Shown here piece by piece: positions 25,559-36,700 of a stretch of DNA of 64,000 nucleotides; position 1 is the first letter of the stretch, and every line of letters starts with the position of its first letter. Origin of the DNA: Phoronis australis (taxonomy: Eukaryota; Animalia; Phoronida). The stretch is taken from NCBI GenBank assembly GCA_002633005.1, contig NMRA01000181.1:694734-758733 (forward strand). The letters are read 5' to 3'. The notes beneath the pieces are model-generated. The model did no database searches, was not told the DNA's origin, and was given only the letters and a program-made list of their open reading frames with translations. Position numbers and translations under genes: made by a program.

Positions 25559-28500
25559 GTGAGTGCAAAGAGAATTAAACTCCCCGCCAGTGTTTTGTCC
25601 TGGGATAGGACTGAGGTCTGTCATTGTTTCCTTTGATTTCGGGGTTTTGTCGCTTTGTTTTACTCTGACTTCTTGTCTTGGTCATTAGAAATATTATATC
25701 ACTCAATTTCTGTTATATTTTATCAGATCATACCGCACTTTATAACACGTGAAGGGGGCTCTGTTCTAGCAAGCAACTGTTCTGGAGGGGGGCCTATCCC
25801 TAGGGACAACTAGACCGCCAACTCGGGTGGGTATTGTCTCGATCGGTACCTCCCACCATTTTTAAAAGAGAAGACGGATGACCATGTGTTGATCGAGGGG
25901 AGCAAACTTGCTCACCAGTAATATCGTAACTGTATAGCCTCTGTCCAGGAAACGTGACTTCACCGTAATTCAGAAGAAAGCCAGCCAATGGAACAGGTCC
26001 CTAATTCTTATCCAAGTCTATATATTCGTACACGTGTCAATTTATTGATATAAGTGTTCCAAAACTGGTTCATTTTCTAAAGTAATGATTAAAATCACAA
26101 AAAATTATGTCATTTTTATGTAAAATGACTCGATGTTGCATGACATTTATACATGAAAGAGAGAATTAAGCCCAAGGTACTTGACCTGAAAAGCTCTCCA
26201 TTCAGCAAGGTCAAGGCGTGAGAATCCATAAAGATGCTTAGCGTAATAAACCCACCTGCTTTCAAAGCATACTAACTGTTGATGTAGTAATCTTGCCGGG
26301 ATAAAACTGGAATCGACTTGTTTTTTTTTTGTTCACGTTAGGAGTAATTTCTGGTTTTGGAAAGGCTATTACAGTTTTGTTCAGTTATTGCTCGAGACCA
26401 GGTTCAACAATTAGGTGACTTGATCCCGCGGATCATTTATGCACCGAGCACCTTCTCAACCAATAATGAAGTGCCAAATCTTACCAGACACGATTTTCTA
26501 ACGAAAAGTGGCTTAACTAAAAATTAATATTTTGGTTTATAAACACAATTTCAGATAGCTACTCTACTTTCATGTAGACTAAGCATTGATGATTTTTGAT
26601 ATAGAAATCATTCTTGCTGTGCCAATATCAAAAATCAATTATGCTTTGCAAGCACGTACTAGTAGAAATTGTGACTACTTAATTTATTATTTTTTGTCTT
26701 GCCGAAGGTGACAGGGGTGTCGCCAACAGACAACTGTGGATTGGGATTAGTGGCAGCATGGTGGCAGTCTATTTCTACGTTGGATCTAAATGAGTATCGC
26801 AAACTAAGTGTAAATGAACTTTGTTTACACATAGGATTTGGATAACAGCGACATAACAGCGCGTGGCAAGTCATGGCAACAAATCCTTGTCGTTTGTTTA
26901 TTTAGGCTCTTTATAAGGCTATTCGAATTCCTGATTACTTTATGCGTGATGTTTGTTATCCACTTTTCAATTATTTGGATATTAAATAGCCTGTCACAGT
27001 GATAAGAACACGCTGCATTTCTTGTAATGCGCCAACAATCATACCGGGTTGTTTGGTTTCACCAAATATTGTTTTACCTGTCTTCTGTGAAAATAATATT
27101 TTTCGGCCACTCACCGTACGATCATCGATAAAGTTTAAACTTGTTCCTTACTCAGATTAGAATCGATTTACTTCTGGGCTTGGAAAAAAGTGACAGCCAG
27201 ATGCACGAGGCTGTGCTAGGCGCAAAAATCAACCGCCGAGCCAATGGTCCCGATTGAACAAGGCGAAATGTCAGCTTTTTCCAAGCACAGGCATGACCAA
27301 GTCTGAAGAGAGAACGGCGATTTAAATCAAAAATAGTTTGTTGGATTTCTACCCAACTTGTTTTCAACATACACTCGTGTTATTAGTAACGCCCTGTTCA
27401 TATTCATAAAATTCATTTGGGTCGTATTTTTCTTAGGCCGAGACAGTGACGTCATACTCATCATGCAATTCAACCAGTCAAGAATTTAATGGATACACGT
27501 ACACGCTTGATGCTAACGGAGATAAAGTGTGGTCTCACTGTGGATTCCCCAACCCCCTGTTCGACAAGCAACGGTGCGGATGGCCCCTCAATGACCAGGT
27601 TGCCAAGAGATACGTATGCGACCCTGACGGCGTTTTGGAGGATATAGACAGTACGGTTATTATGACCTGATCTGCACGTCTTCGTTTAGCTAAATATTTG
27701 AAGAATGATAAATTTATCTCGATAAAAATGCATGTATTTGATAGTAAAGTCGCGTAGATCATAACGTGGAGCTCTTTAATTATCGCAACCATTAATCGAG
27801 CGAAGAATCAATGCAGTTTAGGAAAATTTAGGAATTAGAAAAGTACGTTCGTAGCAACACAGTAGTATCAACAAGATGACCTAATTAAATGAGACGAACT
27901 TTTCAAAACGCTGTTACAGTTGACTAATAATCATCATTTCTGATATATTTCATTCCAGATATTTTTTCATAATTTACGCGAAAGTGTAGCCTAATATTTT
28001 TAATTTCTAAAACGGTTGGAGGGTAACACAGCTTCTGAAAATTTCGTTTGAATCTGATCAGTAGTTTCTGAGACATGATGCTCCGAAATGAGATAAATTT
28101 TGAGATTTTTCAGGTTCCTGGTGCATACCTTTCACTCTTATGGTCTTTGGTATCTGCTTTTCACTTACTTCCGGGCGATTTACATATGACAAGAATTAGA
28201 TATTAACTCGCAGTGTAAATTGGACAAAAGCCACGAACTTTGAAGTGTTATGCTAACTAGTCTGAAAGTATCGTTTCATTATTACTTGGTGAAACATAAA
28301 GCAATGTCATCGTTATTTGGAAAGGGTTCCAAATGTATGAAACTGTTTTTCGTGAAAGAGTCTGCCACTGTCTGCTTACGACAGTTGGACAAAAGCGAAC
28401 ATGGTCCACAATGCATTAGTAATGTGTTATAAGACCTGCAGTTCACTCCGGCAATGCACATTTCAAAAATAGGGGTTTGCTTTCTATACCAGGACCCCGT

Positions 28501-30830
28501 TTTTATCAAAGTTGTTTTTATCAAAGTTCGTAGATCGGTCGTTAGCAAGTTATTGGGAAGTCGACGATGCATTTTTCGCAAGAGTTAAACATCGCTAATG
28601 ATGTAAACGTAATCGCAGTGAACAGTCACGTTAAAAGCCCAGCTTCGTAAAGTACATTCAAGAATCGTTTGCCAATGAAAAATTAAAGGTACCACCTTCT
28701 AAGCTACTATCGGACTTGCGTACTTTGTTAAAACGAGCCCATGAAAAGTGTGCCTCTTGTCAGCGATGTATCTTTGATATGATATTTTCTCAGTTGCAAA
28801 GATAGATGAGGCCTTGAAGGAATTTGGCAACGCGTCCGCACGACAGTGTAATCAAGAAAATTCGATCGCCGCCTTCGTGGTGGTTAAGAAAGCCAGAGTC
28901 GCAGATGCTGGAAATGATAAAGTGTAAGTATATTTTGGCTTCACCTGGCTTCACAAACACGATTAATTGAGAATCTTGTATTGTGCGCTCTACTCAGAAA
29001 CGACTGTAAAATCGACGCAGCATTTTCTGTTTCTGACATGCCACTTCAACCCATTTTGTAGCATTAGTTACATGGTATAACATTATAATATTTTGTTTTT
29101 TGAAAACTGATACATTTTTATTGACACGTTGTCTCGGTGTTGGTAGTGAAACTTGTTTTCAGGTGGCAAATTAACACGAATGATTATTAATTATGGGGCC
29201 GGTTTTATGAGAGTGAACACCTCTTAATTCGATTTTTGTTTTAACGAGAAACAGGTCGAACTACAGCTTTAAATGAAACTAGGGTACGGAACATATATTC
29301 ACCAATTTCAAAATTTGCGCATTTTAGGTGCGTCAACAAATGCGGAGAGATTCACCCTTCGGCCGTAACGTCGTCAGAAAGCAACGTGGAAGCAACTCTT
29401 GAAAATTTTGCGTACAACATTCGTCGACAATGGAAGCTGGGCTCTTGTCAGAACGATATGATTATTTTCTACTGGCACCAGCAAAACAAGGTACCTTCTG
29501 GCTGAAAGATAAATAAGCTTGTTTGTGAATCGAGAAACATTTAACCCCGATTTATAACAATTTCGAAGTAGAGAATTTGGCAATGTTTCCCAAATTTGGA
29601 GGTTGCGTAGGTGAAAGTTTACCGCATACAGTATACTCGAGTATTTATGTCAATGCCCTAATATCTGAAACGATGCGTCTTTCAGAGAATTTTTGTTCAA
29701 GTGTTTTGCATATAAGAGCATGGGCTTGAAGTTCACTTATAAGCCCTGGCTACTAATCTCCGTCCATACGCATTTTCCAAACATGACGTTTTTGTCCCTC
29801 TTTATCAATTTTCATTTAGTAGTTAGCGTCAACTTTTACACATCGTGTGTCAATTTTCCCCAGTTTTACTCAAGTGTTTTAAATAAAGGCCCACGCGCCT
29901 AATTCTCGAAAGTCTTACAACCTCCCGATGTACAGCTGCACGCACAGTTGCGTAGTCCTGCATGCACGGGTATACGGCAATAGCTGGCCAAGAAGGTCGC
30001 TCAACCTCCATGGCCGTAACGAAAGACACTTGCGAGACAACTGCGGTGAGAAATCTTGGCTCGGGGATTCCAGCTTACTCGAAAAATACTCGCCTGTGGC
30101 CTTGCGTGGTCTTACTTTTCGAGCAAAACGTGCTACTTTGCGGGTTTGCAAAGTGGCTAGTGACGAACGCACAAACTGCCGTAAAACTTATGTATTTAGT
30201 GAAACAGGCCTCCAAAATATTGCTTATTAAAAATGAATATGAAACTAGATTTTAAGTTACGATGATCACTGCAGATCATGGTCATTTTGTCTGTTCCATA
30301 AACAAGAAATTGGAAACGCAATTTTCAGTACGTGCATAACTCCCAAGTAACATATATCATTTCAGATGTATATTTCCTACGGAGACAAAATCACCAATTT
30401 CGTACCACAGAAGACAATGTCTGCATCGATCACAACTGCGCAAGATTCTCTATCAAAGAACGACTCGTCGTCGCACGTCGCTTCCGCCATGGAGGCCATG
30501 TTGAAAGCCTTCCAACCTACGTTCTCACTCACTCAGCCGGCCACCATCTTGTTCATCCTCAACTTTTGTGTAATGTTTGTGGTGGCTATGTTCCTCGTAG
30601 CATTCACTAGCATGAGCAGAAAAGAGTATGACGTATGGGGCTCTGAACTACAATGGCGTATCCTGAGTAAAGTACTGTACTATATGAGCGGGCTGTGGGT
30701 GATTGAGATGATATTCAAAGGAGTTCTTTGGGTGCAAAACCAGTCGCTTGTCGTCGTGTTGGTAGTTCCTTTAACATTGTGCGGTCTCTGTCTTATCGGT
30801 TTCGTCGTTGTCATCTTGCAAAGTGGTTGA
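25484..30830 (+). CDS. TPM/MOLO1-like domain membrane protein (signal peptide + TPM ectodomain + 3 predicted TM helices), 348 aa
   Basis: Exons 25484-25558 (duplicate 24519-24593), 27437-27650, 28794-28923, 29328-29490, 30366-30830; GT-AG, phases 0/1/2/0 join, 1047 nt. Motifs W..CGFPNP.....CG...YVCDPDGVL and FA..IRRQWKLGSCQNDMIIF match MOLO1/TPM-domain signatures (by eye). Confidence 0.85.
27437..27650 (+). CDS. TPM/MOLO1-like gene exon 2
   Basis: AETVTSYSSCNSTSQEF...WSHCGFPNPLFDKQRCGWPLNDQVAKRYVCDPDGVLEDID. Confidence 0.88.
28794..28923 (+). CDS. TPM/MOLO1-like gene exon 3
   Basis: IAKIDEALKEFGNASARQCNQENSIAAFVVVKKARVADAGNDKV; ttttctcag acceptor, GTAAGT donor. Confidence 0.85.
29328..29490 (+). 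CDS. TPM/MOLO1-like gene exon 4
   Basis: CVNKCGEIHP...LENFAYNIRRQWKLGSCQNDMIIFYWHQQNK. Confidence 0.87.
30366..30830 (+). CDS. TPM/MOLO1-like gene exon 5 (three hydrophobic segments, stop)
   Basis: tttcag acceptor; MYISYG... then ATILFILNFCVMFVVAMFLVAF, VLYYMSGLWVIEMIFKGVLW, SLVVVLVVPLTLCGLCLIGFVVVIL. Confidence 0.88.
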   Translation: MYISYGDKITNFVPQKTMSASITTAQDSLSKNDSSSHVASAMEAMLKAFQPTFSLTQPATILFILNFCVMFVVAMFLVAFTSMSRKEYDVWGSELQWRILSKVLYYMSGLWVIEMIFKGVLWVQNQSLVVVLVVPLTLCGLCLIGFVVVILQSG

Positions 30831-32223
30831 AGTGAAGAAGATTTTCGTCTGCTGTGGAATCTGATATGACGTACTACGCGATAACTTGGTATATTGCCTC
30901 TATTCAGGGGCACGTTTAAAAAGTTTATATGCAATTATATTTTACTACATTTGTATTTTTACACTTATATGGAATACATGACATTTCAAATGCACTTTTC
31001 ACTAATGTACATACATACATAAAGAAATCGATTGTCAGTTTTGAAATTTTTCTAACGATGAATCGGAACTGTCAGATTTATTTGAAATGACTAGCTATTC
31101 ACGAGGAAGAGCGACTTTTGTCAACCGATACTTTACTTTGTGTTGGGGCTGTATGTAAGATACCTAGTCTCAAGTGGGTCCATTATGCGCATAATTCAAG
31201 TAAGGAATTCTATATTAACTTGTACAAAAGCACAACACAATCATCTCGGACATAAACATTTAAGTCTGTTTCCAACGCAGGCCTACTCGATAAGGAAGCT
31301 TTGTAGACTTCCAACACAATATTTATTCCATGCGACTTGCCTCTGCTTGCTCTGGAGAGCCTCAGTCGGTAAGTTTGCTGTTGCTGTTGCTCCAAGATAT
31401 ACGAGGCGAGAAATGTGATTTTTTTATAATCAGTGCCGAGCGCGGAATCTACTGTATTTAACGGGTAGACAGCGGACTCCATTTCAGCGAATGTCTGGCA
31501 GACATCAAACAACGGAATTTGTTGTTTTTAGCTCAACGTAAAGCGCATAACATCAAGAAGTCTACCCATCCAACATAATCACAAAAACGCGTTTTTCGGC
31601 CGTGAAAACAATAATTTCTCTTCAACTGACGAACAGCCGCGAGCACGAGTAGCAAGCCGCACGGATTTATGTTAACAACACAAACAAGTACATACTTTGC
31701 TCAGCCGAGAAATTTAAAATTCTTCTCTCACGCACGCTTGACCCACTCACGGATTCAAATTCCCGCGATCCAGCTGAGGCAACAACACACTTCTCGCTTC
31801 TCACTCATCAGTGGACATGATTTTCTTTGCTTAGTCGCGAACAGACCAGCTCAGCTCCCACTCGACCCTGGCCTGCACGCCGTTAATGAAATAGCATACG
31901 GCGTTTTCCCGTTGCTCCCAACTTGTTCGATTCTATATATAGCCCAACAACAAGTTGGGAAGTTTACCCCTGTAGCCAATGTCTTACACGACTGATTAAC
32001 TCCGTTCTGGTATTTATGTTGGAGGGACAGTTCTGTTTTGTTCGATAACTGCTCTAATCTCCGATCAAATCGTATCTAGCTTGACTGGGCTGTGCTGCTA
32101 AAAATGAAAGTTAAGTTATAACATATTTGAACATAAACCAATAGCATTTCTGAATTTCTTGTCAAATGCTGATCATGTTTAGTTTTTGAATCACCAAAAT
32201 CGCCCAACTACAACAGAATTTAA

Positions 32224-32459
32224 CAGTGGCAGATCTACGATTTCAGTAAGAGGGGGGGGGTTAGGATTCGAGAGAATCCGAGGCGCGTAGCGCCGAGGAG
32301 AAGGAAGGTCGCGAGAGGGTTTCCCTCCCGTGTAAGATTTTTTGGGATTTTTAGTAGCTAATTTCGTTTTTCTGGCGATTTTTTCCAGTTTTTATTTTTG
32401 ATCCTGTCCCGAGGGGGGGGGTTTAAACCCCCTGAACCCCCCCTGTAGATCCGCCTCTG
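32224..32459. mobile_element. MITE, TIR CAGTGGCAGATCT / AGATCCGCCTCTG
   Basis: Imperfect TIR; flanks TTTAA / GTTAA (5-bp TSD, 1 mismatch). Confidence 0.65.
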
Positions 32460-33019
32460 GTTAAGACAATCCATTCTGCCAGGTTTCAGTAATCCTTTGA
32501 AACCTGAGAGATGATTGGCCTGCTTGTTATCATACGGGACAAATGACTGTGCTGGGCAGTAAACGAAGGAGCCTGATGTTATCGCACGTTCAGAACCCCT
32601 CACGTCTGGAAAAGTTCAGAGCTGAACGACAGAACGCCGTCATGAAGGCATATTCCCTTGCTGCGCACCACTCAGGCGAGCATAAAATTCTTCACTCACG
32701 CACGTTATTCCTCTATCATGGATACAAGTCAGCCATCCACACCGAGTTGTCGATTGCGTCTTTGGATACATTTCTTTTTTGGCAACTTTTTATCAGACAA
32801 GTTTTTCGATTTTAGAGGCCAGCTAACAGGGACTACCTCTGCTCCCGCACTTAGGTTCTGAGTCTGCAAACACCCTTCTGTACCCTCGCACGCCGTTCCC
32901 TTCTCTTGCGCCCCCTCGCTTAACTCGTTTCCTACTCTCGCGCCACTTCGCTCAAGGCACCAAGTCATCCCAGCCTGCGCGCCTCTCGGGCTGTATAAAA
33001 TTCTTCTCTCGGTTCTCCA

Positions 33020-33215
33020 GATATCATTCCGAAACGCACTATCTCAAAACACTGAAATTCCCGCCGCTCTGGTCCTGGAGCGGAGCATACAGGTGATGCT
33101 CTAAAGCATTGTGCAAAATTTCATGAAGGTCTGACCGGAGTTTTTTGAGACATCGAGCAGGACAGGACGACGACAATATGTCACTACATATACTTGCACG
33201 TGGGCCTATAATCCT
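33020..33215 (+). mobile_element. HINE/Helentron-like repeat 3' portion
   Basis: GCAAAATTTCATGAAG...TTTTTTGAGA followed by a GGACAGGACGACGAC microsatellite, related to 16231-16640. Confidence 0.35.
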
Positions 33216-33659
33216 ATGCCTAAAAAGTCTCAAATTTAGCTAGGTTGTCAGTTTAATATCTTAGGTCGCTAATCTTCCACAAGGTTGTGATGGACTGCTG
33301 GCACTTCCTTTCTGAAAGTTGAGAACTGACAACTTAGCGACTCGTTCAAGGAAGTTGTGGTTCCCTGCTAACGTTTCAAGTAAATGTGCCTTTCGAAATA
33401 ACAGTCCAGTGAAATAGGGGTTGACGTATCAATCCAGAATGATTCTAGTGAAAATTGTCGTTACTCGCTTATTTTCTCCAAATTCAGATTTTAAGTGATG
33501 ATATATCTGCCTCAGTGACGCGATTTGGACCCATAAATCCACAGTCGCATTATATTTTCCGAAATTTTTCCAGGTCTTGAAATTTTTCGGTTCAGGTAAC
33601 CACTGGGATAACTTTAGCACTTGGAATTTTTACGAAATTTTGTGTTTGTATAAATCGAT

Positions 33660-33794
33660 GTGCTCCAACAACGGTGGTACGCATCGTATGCTCCCGGGGA
33701 GTTGAGAAGGATTAAGATTGACCGGGTACATGGCCAAGAAATGATAATCGAAGCGCTACGTAAATCCAGCCACATTATTATTATTATTATTATT
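33660..33794 (+). mobile_element. 3' tail of a SINE/LINE (L2-type tail) ending in (ATT)7
   Basis: GTATGCTCCCGGGGAGTTGAGA...AAGCGCTACGTAAAT followed by (ATT)7 at 33774-33794. Confidence 0.45.
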
Positions 33795-36700
33795 GTTTTT
33801 AATTTTGGCATTTTATTTCAATATCTGACTAGGTCCAAAACGTTAAAATGACGTCATACTAAACAAGCGGAATGTGTCTTAACTAGTCACGTGATGTTGA
33901 AGCACAGTGAGATGTTAGCATTGTTTGTCCGAAATTATCCTTTTGTGCATAAAATAAAGAATTTCAGTCCCAGGTTTACAGGGAGTCAAGTACCCTGAGT
34001 CTACACAAGACGAGAGGATTGCTCAGTCGTAACTAGAGGGTAATCTAAAAATCCAAAAAGGTGAAAACGATGCAAATGACTTTGTTATCGGAAACTCTTC
34101 CAAGAGGGATCTCTTGACATGGAAGCCAAGGATGTATATTTTTTCAAACACAGGAAAAGTGCAACAATTGATTTTATCATCAAGAACTCTTCTGAGATTT
34201 GTACGGTCCTTTGATAAGAGCTTAAGAATGTCATTTGAAAAAGAGGAAAAAAGCAGCAATTGTTGCTATGAGGGACCTATCCGTCAGATGACCACTCGTA
34301 TGATATGTAATTAAAAAAACAGGCAAAGAACAACTGATGATTCTTTATCATCCCTTGCCGGGGAGGATCGAAGAAGGAGCGAAGTCAGTCTTACGAGAAT
34401 TCTGTCCTATCCATCGCAGCGCCCTCATGTAACCTGTAGCAGCTATTGGTTGAGCAATCCCAGGCATTGTGGGAATTCTACTGAATGTGTCTTTTTTGTT
34501 TTTTGTTATTCTTACATTCTTGTTTTGAAAATCAATACAATTTGATGCATATACATAGCCTTTTGTAAATTAATCCATCTCAAAATGCTGACTCTGATAC
34601 TTTTTGTGGCGCAAAATGACACTGCGAACAAATGTTAATGATCGTTGAGTTTATTTTTACGCAATAGAATGGCAACAGTTGTTCCAAAGAAAAGTCGAGC
34701 CATGCATCAGACAAGGAATACCCTCGCACTCACGCATATCGTACGTATGCCTCTGTACGTCAATATGTTAGCTAACTCAATGCCAGGTATAAGTTTTGGC
34801 TAAAACGAACGAGATTTCAGACATGATATTAAAACGTTTAATAGATAAAAATTATAGTTTTCATAATTAATGGATTTAGGGAGGGGAAGCGATAGGGGCC
34901 GCTCCCCGCCCTCGAGCTCACGGGCATGACCAAGATAAAAATGGGCTCGGAAAGTCACCTTTAGGCCGGTCACAAAAGTTTATCCTTTGACAACTGCGGT
35001 GGCCCATCAAGCCCCTAGCTAAATCCTAGACCTGTCAATGACGGCTAATCGTTTAGTGGGCTTGTGTTTCACCAAAGGGGGTATTCATCGGCGTTTTAAT
35101 GTTTTAGATCTGAAAGACAATTTTCAAAGATTCCTTTTCTTTGCTGAAAGCGGTGCTGAAAGTCGGCTAATCAAGATTAAGCGTTTATTACTGCACTATC
35201 ACAATGTTTCAAACTGTTTTATTTCTGCAACCTAACATTCATAAATTTCACGCGACAGTTGCTACCTTTTGACAATTGCCGGAATTCGCATTAAAACGAT
35301 TTGTAAGTTGTTCCCTCGGGTTAATAAGAAAATATGCATGAACGGCGAGTGGAGTTTAACCCCCTAATAACCAACCTCTGTCACAAAAACCTTTTGTCGC
35401 TTTTTTGTGACGAGGAAGTTTAGAGAAGTACAATTTCGGTCGCAATAGCCCTAAAAAGACATGCCGCAGGTTATATTTCATTTGTTGTTGAAGCGTTATG
35501 TATTCAGTCTAATTATTTACTATAATATCCGTTTTATTTGGTAATAAATAAGATCTATTTGATCAGCACACGTTTGTTACATGTACCATTCATTTATTGA
35601 ATAAGTCCCTGACCCTTGCGCAGTGTGTACGTTACGTATTATCTCGAGTATCTGGGCGATGGTGTTTATCGTAGTTAGTCCTTAACAACAACTTCGATAA
35701 GATTTTCTAACAGACACCTTTTACTGTTTTCATTCAGAAAGGAGACGGCAGTTTCCGGCCACAGTTCAAAGCTAATAATGGTGAGTATACAGATACAGCA
35801 AAAATCTTAATCTTGACAGTTTCTAGACCCTCAAGCAGTGAGGCAATCGAGTCACTGGAACCGGAGTGCGTAAGGCAACGCCTACACTCACAGCCTGTTA
35901 CATATGTGCGCTGTACAAGGTCAGAGAAAGTCAGCGGATCTTCACATAGCAAGAACATGTACACGTGTAATCGTCTGCTCCCATCGAATGAGCAGGTTCG
36001 AAAAGCTGCGGTCATCGGAATGCATGATGCCAGCTTTTTACCAGTAAATTAAATAGGGCTATACCAAGAATACTGAGAACGCAGCGGAACGGCGGGTTTA
36101 TTGACGATTTCAAAAATACCAAAGAGGACGTGTTAGCGTATTTCTCATTGTCGGCCAAGGGTACGTGTGAAATAGCAAAACTGTGTTTTAAAAAATTTCG
36201 TACTGGTTGCTAAGTTGGGTGCATTGAGAGAAACACAGTATTGATAGCTCCGTTACTACAGCAAGCACAAATTGGTTGACTTCTGGCTTTAGTACATATA
36301 TGTAAAAGGAGATTTTACACCTGACCACAGCTGAACAAATACCCAATTAGTAAATCAGTGGGTAACGTTGCTTTACGTTTGGTTAATTCGTACCCATAGC
36401 TTATTTTTAGGAAAATGTTAAACTCTGTCACCATTGCATAAATGTATTTTGCAATGTTCAGAGAACAGAATATTTCAGCTTTTTGAAAATTAAAACTTCA
36501 GACAAAATCTAACCAATCGGTCAGAAAGAAAATCAGAAAGCTTTAAATCACCAGGAGACTGTTAATTAAAAGGTCTCTGTACGGTCGTAGTTAAGAAGAG
36601 CGTATCTTAAATGTTAATTTGCAAACAATTCATTCAAGTGGTTTATGAAGGTGAGCTTTCAACTTGAATGTGAACAAAAATCACGTTTACGTCAGTAGCA

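Larger units (their letters stand above)
23894..25810. repeat. Direct duplicate across a single N (23894-24845 / 24847-25810), probable unmerged haplotypes
   Basis: Copies abut N at 24846. Confidence 0.85.

Noticed and set aside
29915-30255. Three overlapping 85-100 aa ORFs in the last intron of the TPM gene
   Set aside because: The gene's phases join without them and the peptides have no recognisable features
36025-36027. In-frame TGA before a short plus-strand open frame, considered as selenocysteine
   Set aside because: The frame is closed by other stops just upstream and no SECIS element was identified
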